From assembly GCA_010909165.1 (NCBI GenBank), contig MU008175.1, positions 496,001 to 560,000 of the forward strand: 64,000 nucleotides of DNA, in the 5' to 3' direction. How positions within the stretch are numbered: the stretch's first letter is position 1; each line of letters starts with the position of its first letter. Below, piece after piece: positions 26,057 to 37,829 of this stretch. Origin of the DNA: Anthoceros angustus. Its lineage: Eukaryota > Plantae > Anthocerotophyta. The notes under the pieces were generated by a model. The model made no database searches, was not told where the DNA came from, and saw only the letters and a program-made list of their open reading frames with translations. The position numbers were made by a program, and so were the translations under genes.

Positions 26057-29000
26057 ACAGTACAGACAAAAGGGTGGAGGAACAGTGAGCAGCCCAAAGC
26101 TGCTGCCCGCTGTGCAGGGACCTGGAGTGGAATCTGGATGCCCTGGGCTCCCCAGATGCTGAACGGCGATGCTGGGCGATGGCATGCTGGCCTTCCCATT
26201 GTTTTATAGCTGCAAACATGCTTATCGGATGAGATGCCGGCGGTGCCCATGCAACAGATCCGTGGCCAGGCCACCTACCTTCATACATGGCTTGCAAGAC
26301 GCTCGTGCACTGAGCAACAGCATCCACCCGACATTCGCCGTTGCACGCCCCGGGCCCGGGCCCGGGCCCGGCAGCCCGGCCGCCCGGCCCAGGGCCCGGG
26401 CTCGTCTCCCGCACCCGGTCCCATGCGGAGGACTTCCCGGTCACCACCCCGGATGTGGCGTGTGGACAGATAAAGACACTCCCTCCCGTGGACGACTTTC
26501 CTTTCCACCGGCACGCGCTCATCATAGCCTCTCGGCGCGATGGTGACCTCATCCCACATGCTCATGCAACAGCCCGGGCAGCCCGGGCAGCGGGGCTGCC
26601 CGCCCTGCTGCCCGTGGGGGCCTCCTGCCCTAATCGCACCCGCATTAGCGCCTTCTCGGCCGGCCTCCCGTAGGCGCCGGACGGGATCCGGGACAACATC
26701 GATTTCCTGTAAGAAAGCGCCGGATTCGGGCCTTCCTTCGCCTTCGGACAGGGATATGTATAGGTATGCTTCTTGTGCAGGCAGAGCTCGCCGCGGCCGC
26801 GGAGGAATCCGATGACAAAGGAGCTCTTGTTGTGTTTATACATATGTACATAGATATATGCGATGGCGATGGCGATGGCGATGGCGATGGCGATGGCATG
26901 CTTACACAGCTGCAGCTTCTGCCAGGACCAGGAGTCCAGGACTGAGGGACTGAGGAGCAAGGAATGTTGATGAATAATAATATGAAATGTATCGGATGTC
27001 TGGCGTGGCTCGGTGGACGCGGGGCCACCATTTGAGGCGCTGTGGCGAGTAACAGAACCGGGTGATGTTGTGGCAGGCCCTGAAGTTATGAGGCAAGTAC
27101 ACGACACACTCTTACCTACGCAGTCTTGCCAGGCCGGGCCGCAGAGTCATCAGTCAGTGGATCATCAGCCAGCAAACGGGCATCCTGCTGCACCTGCTGC
27201 TGCTGCTGTTGTTGTAGCAGTCGATAAGCCGAAATTTGCTCAGATGCTTCCGCCTCCAGAGCAGCTTGCGGCTGGCTTATTGTGACACACCTATGTATGC
27301 TATATTAACAAGCTTGAATCCGGGAGTGTGATAAACGTGGCAGTGCTCCGTTCTAGACATCCATATGTACAAGCAAGATAAGACATGCATGCACCGACCT
27401 CGTCCTCTCTGCGCGTCTCGGTTCTTGGCCAGAGTGTCGGTGCGTCTTGCTCCTTCTCCCCTCGACTTCCGACCTGCGGATGCTACTGCCGCTGCTGCTC
27501 CTGCTTCTGCTTTTCCTGCGCTGCGATGCTTGTCATTCTTCTGCCGCGGTGCTGACCTAAGTAAAGAGGAGTCAAGTCTTGTCTTGCAGCAGGCACGCGG
27601 GCGACTGTAGGGCTTTCGGGAAGGGATGATGTCAAATCCTGGCAGTCTGCTTAGGATCTGGCAGGAGGAGCCAAGTACCGCGCAGCTCGGCCATAGAAGA
27701 GCATAAAAAAGGAGTTGCGGGAGGCATCGGGCAGGGCCATCGAGTGGTTAGTGCGGCCCTGCGATCGAGCATTGAAGCCAGCGCCGGTACCAGCACGGCC
27801 CTGAGGCTGGAGCAGGAGCAGGAGCAGAGTATGTACATATGTACATGCAGCGCGGCATCAACCTCACCTCGAGCCGTGGTCGGGTGAACATGACGCATGG
27901 CAGGAACGGGACGGGACGGGACGGGACGGGGCGGGAGCAAGTGCAACCCTAGAGGGCCATAGCCCATAGCCAGCCAGCTCCAAGGTGAAGCTCCGTGCAG
28001 TTTTTCCTTCTCCTCTTTCCTTTTCTTCACCAGGAAAGCAAATTCAATGCAATGCAGTTTGAACAACGGAGGCGTTGTTGCCCGTACTTTTACGCAGGGC
28101 CAGGGCCAGGGCCAGGGCCAGGGGAGCAGCGTCTGGAAGGGCAGTGGCAGGCTTATTACTAGCGGCAATCAAACCTGGATTACCGGCCCTGTTCCCGATG
28201 CCGGAGCCGGGCGCCATCATTGTGTCCGATAAGTATCTACTGGCCCACCCAAGGCAGGGTCATGACTGAGGGGCTGGGCCACCACGATCCAGCGATTCCG
28301 TAGCGGTAGCCGCAGCCCGGCCCGCAGCAGGCAGCAGGCAGCTGCAGATGCAGGCTGCACAGGCACCACCCGGTCCCCACCCGAGGTCAGTACATAGATA
28401 TTGCTACCCCGGCTTCCCAGCCAATAAGGGCGGCCCGCCAGGTATCATGAGGCCACGGCCCACGCCACGAACCACTCACGCCCAGGCCCCACGGCCCCAC
28501 GGCCCATCCCCTCTTTCCTCTTTAAATATCTTCCACCTATACATTTCATGCCCTCCCTCTGTGTCCAGGCTTATCTTATCGCGGCCCGGGCATCCACGGA
28601 CCCTCTTATTCAAGAATCTAGTGCACACAACACAAGCTTGCTTGTATAACAAACCCCTTTTATTAACGCCATCCTGTGAGCAATCGTATCCATGTCCCAT
28701 TAATACGCTGCCGCTGGCATACTCCATGCTGCCACCGTAGAATAATATATCTCAGATTTTGCATCTGCATATTTTGTCCTTGTATGAGTTATCTTTTCTC
28801 CCCAATTGCTCCCTTTCTTGTTTGTGAACTTTTCCCTCCAATATTGAAGAATCATGAGGTGAGTTATGAATTGAAGTTATTTTTCTACCTCACAGCTTTA
28901 CTTTTTCCTTTTCATAAAGTTTGCCCTTTTATACTACCATAAGGATCTTCTTGCGTCACGGCATGTGCACCCTATGTCTACCCTAAAAAGTTGTTTTGAT

Positions 29001-29836
29001 ACTTTGATTTATTTGTATATGTTGGCATAATTTCATCTCCCTTAGAAGACCATAGACTATGGAGGTCAAAGCTACGCTTTATATTGCAAGAACCTAATAT
29101 TTGTCAGAAATATATATCACACCTCTCTCTCGATTATGAAAAATATTTTATGGTTTCTTAAAGAGGCATCCTTTGTGTATCTTTATCTCCTTTCAATCCT
29201 ACAAGACGGTCATCCTTCCTTAGTGGACTATGATAAATTTTCTCTTTCTTCTTGGCCATCCTCTTTATGCTCCATAAATCAATTTTTTAAGTCTAGCTAG
29301 TTTATGAAATCAAGAACATGGAACATTGAGAGCTTTCACTGCTGGAACCCCTGGAGTTCACTTTTGGAATTCAATATCAGCTGTGGACACACCCTCTTAT
29401 CAGCTATGGATACACCCTCTACACGAAAGCAAGCTATGCATAAACCTTCATATTTTGAGGTCATGGATGATCCAAGTGTGGTATTCATATTTTTTTCAGT
29501 GATATTTATAATACCATAGATATATATGTAAGACATGGTAATAAAAAAGTACCATCTCTCTAATAAGCGAGGACCTAGCAAATAAGATGATTGGACCAGT
29601 TTCATTGAGTATGTTGCGTTATATTTCATGATGCTATTGCTTTCATAATATTCACAACCTGCAGAAATATGAGTTGGATTAAAGCTAGGTATTATGCAAA
29701 GAAATAAGAGAAGAAGGGGAGTGGGTGATGATAATTCAAGGGGCAGTAATTAGAAGGGGTTGCGCAAGTGCCATAAGTCGATTGAGTGAGAGGTACGACG
29801 GGGAAATGAAAATGAAAGGTGAGACGGGATATGTAA

Positions 29837-29867
<31 letters not shown>

Positions 29868-30568
29868 TTGGGCGTGATAAGTTTCATGATATCCGTGGTA
29901 AGTGGCGGAAGATTGGAGGACAAGGATTCGGAGTGGGACACGGAATAACGGAACAGGGACACGGTTAACGGAATGAGGGGACTTTTTACATGAAAGGTGA
30001 CGGCAGCACGGGAGGCGGCGGTGGCCGCCTGGGGTCTGGGCCTGGAGCCTGGAGCCTGGAGCCTGGAGCCTGGACCTGGCTGCTGTTCCGTTATCGTCGA
30101 AGGTGTGAGGGCCAGCGCCAGCCATGGCCGAGCCTGTTGTGCTCTGTGAGGCCTGATGAGGCGGAGGGAAAAAGAGGTGGGCAGTGGGCAGTGGGCAGTG
30201 GGCATACAAGTCAATGAGGGGCAGGACACTGACATCCTTTTCTCTCCTTCGATTCCGCATTCGGTTACAAGAAAGGGGAAGGGGGAAGGCGGGCGCGGTA
30301 TGTGGTGTGTGTGGTGTGTGCGCCCTTGGCAGCCTCCTTGCAGGCTTACGCTTACTGTACGCAGCATTGTTGGCCCTTCCACATATGAATGTTTATAGGT
30401 GAAAGTGTTAATCGTAGTAGCTGGGGGCGCAGCCGCGCAGGGCCGGGCGTTGATGGGAGCAGCGTGGAGTTGGTGCGGTACAAGCCCAAGGTGGGCCAAA
30501 TCTTCTGTGGGGATCTTTCTCCAGGCGCAAACCCCAGGCGGCAGCGCGCTGGCAATTGGCGGGCAGCT

Positions 30569-30715
30569 AGGGGCAGGGGCAGGGGCAGGGGCCCCAGGGC
30601 AGGGGCAGCCTGGGCAGGGGCAGGGCAGGGCAGCCTGGGCAGGGGCAGGGCAGGGGCAGGGGCAGGCAGGGCAGCCTCGGGGCAGGGCAGCGGCAGGGCA
30701 GCCTCGGGCAGCTGC
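30569..30715 (+). repeat. G-rich (GGGGCA/GGGCA)n tract with G-quadruplex potential
   Basis: Many consecutive G3-G4 runs with 2-nt loops. Confidence 0.85.
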
Positions 30716-30754
30716 CCTGACCCTCCTCTTCATTGACTCGGTATAAAGGCGTTC

Positions 30755-31066
30755 CTTCCACCCTTCCACCCTTCCATGGACCCTTCCACCCTTCCACCCT
30801 GCCGCCCTTCCACCCTTCCACCCTTCCACCCTTCCACCCTTCCACCCTTCCACCCTTCCACCCTTCCACCCTTCCACCCTTCCACCCTTCCACCCTTCCA
30901 CCCTTCCACCCTTCCACCCTTCCACCCTTCCACCCTTCCACCCTTCCACCCTTCCACCCTTCCACCCTGCCACCCTTCCACCCTGCCACCCTTCCACCCT
31001 TCCACCCTGCCACCCTTCCACCCTGCCACCCTGCCATCCTTCCACCCTCCCGCCGTCCCACCCTTC
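30755..31066. repeat. 8-bp tandem repeat (CCCTTCCA)n, >30 copies, with CCCTGCCA variants
   Basis: Read directly. Confidence 0.95.
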
Positions 31067-31517
31067 CATGGACCCTTGGACAAAGTGTAATGTGAGGCCG
31101 CAAGCCGCGAGCAGCCCCTTGCTGCGGAGTGCTGTGCAGTGTGCAGTGTGCAGGGGTGGTGGTCCCGACTGCTTCTGCATAGGCCCTGTCTGGTCACATC
31201 GCTATCGTTATCGCGCTCCCTCCTTTCTCTCCTATGCTACCACAACACATACTACCAATGCACACCAGTAACACATCATCATCGTCCCCATCGTCATGGG
31301 TGATGCGTGGCATGCCGTCACTGCATGGCGACAGGGCAAGCCATGGACAATGTGGGACGACCGGACTGGAGGAGGGAAGAGGGAGATTTATTAACGTGCA
31401 TGGCACCCGTGGATGGAGGCCAGGCGTGAATTAAGGGCGGGGTAGAGGGAGCTTGAACTGAACCCAAAATACCCTCCACCTAGACCATCTGCCTATGGCA
31501 CCTGTGAGTTTGTACCC

Positions 31518-31609
31518 GGGGTTGGGGTTGGGGTTGGGGTTGGGGTTGGGGTTGGGGTTGGGGTTGGGGTTGGGGTTAGTTGGGGTTGGGGTTGGGGTTG
31601 GGGTTGGGG
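31518..31609 (+). repeat. (GGGTTG)n = (TTGGGG)n hexamer tract
   Basis: ~14 units with one TTAG interruption. Confidence 0.95.
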
Positions 31610-32052
31610 TAATCATCCCGGCATCAGGGCATCGCCCATCGATTTACAACGTTATGAATGGCGTTCAAGATTCATCATCCGCATTATCACATTTAATGGG
31701 AGCAAGGGAAGGGAGGGGAAGGGAAGGGAAGGGAAGGGAAGCGAAGCGGAGGGGAGAGCAGGCAGCAGCCCGGGACCACAGGCCTAGCGGGCCCCGGGAC
31801 TCCCCGGCCCCCATGCACATGCACATGCACATCCATGTCCATGTCCATGAGCCATCCATCCATACATACATACATGCATCCATGCCAGCGAATAGTGCAT
31901 GCCTGCAGACACAGTGTGCGCGCGCCCGCGCCTGCCCCGTCTCTCTCCCTTCGCTTCCCTTTCCCTTTCCCTTGCTCCCTTTCCCTTTGCTTTGCCTTTG
32001 CCTTCCTTCCCTCCTTCCCTCCTTCCCTTCACTTCTCTTCCCTTCCCTTCCT

Positions 32053-32136
32053 TTGCCTTGCCTTGCCTTGCGTTGCCTTGCCTTGCCTTGCCTTGCCTTG
32101 CCTTGCCTTGCCTTGCCTTGCCTTGCCTTGCCTTGC
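32053..32136. repeat. (CCTTG)n pentanucleotide SSR
   Basis: Read directly. Confidence 0.95.
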
Positions 32137-33950
32137 CTCGCCTGCATCCTTGCTCGTCCTGTGAGCTCGTGCCTCTCGCCTGTCTCTCGCGCCGGCTCCA
32201 TCTCCGCCTCCCTTCACGCTCCGTCTCTACCGTCCACCATCTGTCTGGGTGTGCCCCCTGCCGTGCGGGGGCCCGCGCTGCAGGACCCAGCAGCACCCTC
32301 GCGCAGAGAGCGCAGACAGCCCTGCCTGCCCCTCACGCCTCTGCTCCCTGCTGTCCATCGCCCACCGCCCACAAGACTCTTCCCTCCCTTCCGGCTTCCC
32401 TAGCCCCTAGCTCGGCGCGGCCGGATGCCCTGACCGCCCTCGCATCCGGCTCCCCGCCCGGGCTTGCACGGATTTCCGGATGCCCGCCCCGCCCGGCGAC
32501 TCAGGGCAAGGGCAAGGGCGAGGTCGAGGCCGAGGCCGAGGGCTCTGCCGCATTCCTGCTCTCTTGAATGCGCTGCAATTGCAGCATCCGCACGCAGCTT
32601 AGCCGGGATCGCAGGAGCTAGCGGGGCAGGCAGCCGCCATGCCCACGCTTGGATGCAGCTAGCAGGAGAGGCGGGAGCGGGAGGAGCAAGGCACGGCAAG
32701 GCGGAGGCGGAGGCGGACCCGCCTCTGCTCCCTCGCCGCACATGCCTCATTGCGGAGCCTGGGCCACGGGAATTGAGCGCGCCTGCACCACGCCTGCTTC
32801 ATGCAAGACTACTCCGGGGCTCGGCTAGGCTGCAGCGCCCACCTCCGCGGCAGGCAGGCACACAGCCAGAAGCAGAAGAGGCAGAAGCAGAACAGAAGCA
32901 GAACAGAAGCAGAGGGCACAAGGCAGCAGGCATTGCCGGGCTCAAAGATAGCAATCGGATTTTCAAGACCTGGCCCTGCTAGCAGCAGCCTCCGCTGCGC
33001 CGGCCGCCGGGCTGAGAGGCTCTGAGAGACTAGAGTGTCTCCCGTGTGCAAGAAGCTCTGTGAATTGCGCAGCCGCGGTCCGGGACTAAAAGAAGCTTAG
33101 GCCACTTTCAGGACCTTTTGTTCACACTCTGTGGCCGCGCTGTCGGCTCCATTTTCTTTCTCACTCCAGCCTTTCCTTCAGTTGCTGCTGCTGCTGGCCC
33201 CATCCGATTCTGCAGACCGCCAGTCTGCGAATGCCCGCACCTGGGTGCGCCTCCCTCTCTTCCTCCCTTCTCTTCCTGCCTCTACCACTCCCACCACACT
33301 TGCTTCTTGCGGGCTCCCGCTCTGCCTTCGACTTCATGCTGCTCCTTCTTTCACGCCCATTCCTAAAGACTGCTTCCCTCCCTGCCTCGCCACTGCTCGC
33401 CTAGTCTCGCAACCTTCAAAATTTGGGCAGCAAATCTCTTACTTCTTTGCGTGCTACTTCGCCGCCGTCCCGACTCTCCCACCACTCTCTGCGCTTCTTT
33501 ATCCACCTTCTTCCTCCCGTCTTCTTTCCATTCCTACGTTTCCACTTGTAGGAAGCGCACACCCACTTCCTCTGCCTTTTCTCATGTGCGCACTTAGTAA
33601 CCCTGGCATGTAGATATTGCATCGGTGTAGCAGGATTCGGGGGCCTCCGGATCTGCACCACCGGCTCCGCCTCCGACTCCGACTCCGACGCTCATCCACA
33701 TCTTGCTGCTGCAATCAATTGGCCTCCACAGCAGCAGCAGCAGCAGGAGCAAGAGCAAGAGCAGCAGCTACAAGAGCAGCAGCAGCAACAGCAGCAGCGA
33801 CCCACCACCAGCTGCCTGCTGGCTCATCATCCGCTTCTGCCACCGCTACCGGATTCCACTGGACATCCCACATCCGTAAGAATTGAGCGGTGCACGTGGG
33901 GCCAGGGAGCCCCAGCCAAGTTCGTGCTTGCCTTCCACCAATTTTCGTCC

Positions 33951-36482
33951 ATGGACACACTGGAGTTGGCACCCGAGTTCCAGGATGAGGTACTGGGGAC
34001 GCTGAAGAAGGGGCCCTGGACCTCGGCGGAGGATGCTATCCTCATTGCCTATGTCACCAAGCACGGAGAGGGCAACTGGAACTCAGTGCAGAAGCATTCA
34101 GGCCTCTTCCGCTGTGGCAAGAGTTGCAGGCTTCGTTGGGCCAACCATCTGCGACCCAATTTGAAAAAGGGAGCCTTCACCACGGAGGAGGAGCGCATGA
34201 TCATCGAGCTCCATGCCAAGCTCGGCAACAAGTGGGCTCGGATGGCTGCTCAGGTACCCACCCACCTCTGTCCCTTGCTCTTCCATCATCCGATGCTTCC
34301 TCACATAGGCTACCACTATGCAATGCTTCCAGCTTCCTCCTTCCCATCGATCGATCCGTTCCACTTTTGGCTTGTACATTCAAGCAACACGCAGCTCTAC
34401 TTAATGCAACGACTAACACCAGCATCGTGTTTGCTTTTGTGTGTTTTGTGTGTGCGCGCCACACCAGCTCCCCGGACGCACAGACAACGAGATCAAGAAT
34501 TATTGGAACACCCGAATCAAGCGTCTCATGCGAGCAGGCCTGCCAGTCTATCCTTCCGACATGCCGTCACCGTCCTCTAGAGTGCAAATCCTGGGAGGAG
34601 GAGGAGGGAACAGCAGCCATTTCAACATTTTTGATGTTGCTTCTCATGCAGCTGGCTCGGACGGGTGCATGAGCATGAGCTCCGGGGGTGCTGCCGACTC
34701 CGACTGTGTACCTGCAGATCTTGTGCCCAGTTCCACAGGAAGCGGGAACGTTAACGGGCTGCCTCCTCATCCTTCAGCTCTGCCGCAGGACTACCATGGA
34801 TCTGTGCAGACCCACAACCAGCTCAACCTGGCAGCAGCTCTCCACGCCGGGACCGCATGCCACAGCCATGTCATGAGGAGCAGCTGTTCTTCCACGGGGA
34901 TCACAGGGCCCGCTGCGCCTGGAGACATGCACCATCCCAGCCTCAGCTCCGTGGTGACCCAGGCTGTCAACTCTCCGGCTCTCAGGGCGGCAATGCAGGC
35001 TGACAGCCCCATGCGCCGCATGAAGAGAGCTCGGGATGCAGCGGCTATGGCGGCAGTGGCAGCCAGCGTGGTGCCCAACGGAGGTGCGGGAGGGCCGGGC
35101 TCGGCTGGGGCGGCCTCCACCATCCTCTCCTTCCCACAGCTGTCAGACGAGAGCAGCAAGACTGTGCCGCCGTATCTGAAAGCTCGTCGAACATGTGGTC
35201 GCAACTCCATGAGGATGGCCTCCTTCGCCGGCTTCACCTATGACCCAGATCCTCACGACACCACGGTGGCGGGCAGCCACCTCCAAGATGCCATGGCAAG
35301 CATGGCTGCTGCATCAGCCCAGCGATTTCATCTGGCTGGTGGAGGAGGCAGTAGCCATGGCCACCACCACTTCTCTGCTTCCAGGCCCATCTCGGGCCTG
35401 CTGAAGATGGAGCTCCCCTCAAGCCAATCTGCGGAGTCTGCAGACAGTGCAGGCACGCCCCATGCTAGTTCTGCCCTGACCAGCCCCTTCACTGCTACGT
35501 CCTTCTCTCTGTCCAACCATTTGCTGTCATCAGAGGCTGACAGCTTCGGTTCTAACAGCAACAGCTTCGCCTCCAACAACAACAGCAGCCTCTTGGAGGC
35601 GTTGCTCCAGGAGGCGCAGTCCATGGACGGGTTTGGGCTCAGTGATCAGGCGCGCATGGACCTTGCTGATCAACTGCTAGTGCTGAGCTCGTCGAGCAAC
35701 AACCCAGGTGTCGAAGTTGGAGCCAATGCCATGATGATGAGTCCACACAAGAGTCGCTGGCAAGAAGACAGCGATCCCACAACTCCTCTGGGCGGGCGGG
35801 CCTTCTCAGTTTTCAGTGAGGAGACTTCACCCAACTGTGGTGCAGGCACCTGGGAGGAGTCATCCACACTCCAGTCACCTCTAGTCGGTAAAGCACCCTG
35901 CTAGCAGCTCCACGATCATTCCTTCTGCTATTCTTCCCCTTTTTTCTTCCTTATAGTATTTGTTACTTACGACTAACTTGACTAATACGTCCAGCGCATG
36001 CATCAAGTCCTAAAACACAATCTGTGGCGCTTGTTTCAGGAATCAAGACGGAAGATAATGGAGAGGCGACGCCCTGTGGAGTATACGTCACAGACGAAGA
36101 GATGTCGACTCTGCTGGACTTCGCCAGGGAGGCAGCTCCTGTGACAGAGTGGTATACCCCGACGTCTGAAGCATATTCCATGGGCAGCAACCTGGTGGCC
36201 CAAGCTCAGGCTTGTGCTGCATCCCTCAATGATGCTTTGGGTGCAGCTTTCAGCCAGGATGTGGGCAGCGCCGGGCTGGAACACATGGCTCCCTCCACAG
36301 TTGCCAATCATGTGTGGGAGCTTGGTTCCTGCCCTTGGAACAATTTATCGGGTGCCTGCCAGCTTGGGGACTTGATACAGGACTGCAGGCCCACCCACCA
36401 CTCTATGCTTGCTGCTGACCAGTTGCATAATGACCCATGTGCTATATATAATCATGCAAATCTAGATTATTGTCGCCAGTGA
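33951..36482 (+). CDS. GAMYB: GAMYB/MYB33-like R2R3-MYB transcription factor, 3 coding exons (33951-34253, 34468-35887, 35995 or ~36040-36482)
   Basis: LKKGPWTSAEDAILIAYV..GEGNWNSVQKHSGLFRCGKSCRLRWANHLRPNLKKGAFT..LGNKWARMAAQ|LPGRTDNEIKNYWNTRIKR. Box1 RAGLPVYP, Box2 LKMELPSSQ, C-terminal CPWNNLSGACQL. Confidence 0.95.
35408..35428 (+). promoter_or_regulatory. miR159/miR319-type complementary site (degenerate) in GAMYB Box2
   Basis: TGGAGCTCCCCTCAAGCCAAT at the conserved KMELPS position. Confidence 0.7.
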
Positions 36483-37829
36483 GGTATATTTAAGTTTGTT
36501 CTTAATCGTGAGGAACACTTTGGCCCTAAGCTTGTGTTTATTGCTGTCAGCAAAATAGCTTGCTCCCTTTCACTCCCTTGGCTTCTCAAGTTCCTGCATG
36601 TACAAAATTTGTGGGCTGGTGGCTTCGAACATATGAAGCACAATAGAATTGCCGGCACGTCTTTTGCTTGAGCGGCATTCACAATGTCATCAATCAGCAG
36701 ATGAGCTTCAAGGGCCTTCCTGCGTCATATTACGGATTTGTGAAACATTTTAAGCTACTAATACCTAGCAAAGATGTACGTGAATATCTAGTGTTGATTT
36801 GCACACTACATATGAGACATTCTAGTAATCTGTCTCCAGTTGTAGGCCTGGATCATGCCCAACATCGCTCTTATCGACTCCGCTAGCTGCAATCCACCCC
36901 TCCAGATCTGTGCGTTCCGACTACATAGCTGGCTAGTAAAGAAGCTATGTCTCGTGTAAGAGGCAGGTGCTCGGTATCCGCTGGGTATGGAGAATTCTCT
37001 CCTCAAAGAAGGCCCACATGTTACATGATGGTCGCCTAGACAGAGGCTGCGAACTCTCAAGGCTTTGTGTGGAGGCAGCCAGCCAGCCAGCCAGCAGCCA
37101 GCCACATCCAGCCAACACGTCATAATTGAAAGGATCCCAACAGTCCGTAGGCCAGCCCCCCCTCTCCCCCCACTCTCCCTTCTCTTGCAGCACTATATGT
37201 ACTGCTCGCTGGCTGTGCCAGTGTCTCTCTCTCTCTCTCTGCGAATCGCCTGTGTACAAGTATCTGTGTACCATGCACGATACCGATTGTGCCCAGCTAG
37301 CACTATGTCCAGGTCTGTTGTAGGGTAGTGATGAGCTAAAGAATGGTGGAAACACCTGCGGCAACACGATGCAAATAGCACGGATCCGAAGGTTAGCCCC
37401 AGGACGATTCTACGCTTAGAAGCCTCGTTTTCTGCATGGTGCAGTCGCCTTCGTTCTTTCGTTAACCTTTCCCAGCAGTCTTCTGCATGTTTGGTTTGCT
37501 AGAATACATCGGGTCCATACGGTTCGGAATTCCAGTACTAACCGTAGATCCGGCAGTTGCGATTTGAGGTCATCTGTCTTGGAGTGGTAGAAACCCAGCA
37601 AGACCTCAGTCACTGACCGACGGTCCAGCATTACCCCAGGCATGAGACAAAAACGGGTCTTCGGTCTCTTGATCTCAGGTAGGAGCATGGCAAGAGCCCC
37701 GGCGTAGGGTTCCATTTTCTTCGTTTCTTTACCAAATGCCGTCTGGTGCATTCCAAAGGAAAACATTCTCACTTTCCATAGCAGTTTTGCAGTGCGTGTG
37801 TAGGATGAGCAAGTCTGTCAACAGTCTCA

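Noticed and set aside
26137-26160. miR160-like sequence TGCCCTGGGCTCCCCAGATGC (also a miR166*-like GGAATGTTG at 26961)
   Set aside because: Too many indels and mismatches, and no supporting hairpin partner.
29750-32982. Long ORFs (476, 302 and 222 aa etc.) in the track
   Set aside because: They are translations of stop-free microsatellites (GWKGGRVE, LPCLA, GLGLG) open in several frames.
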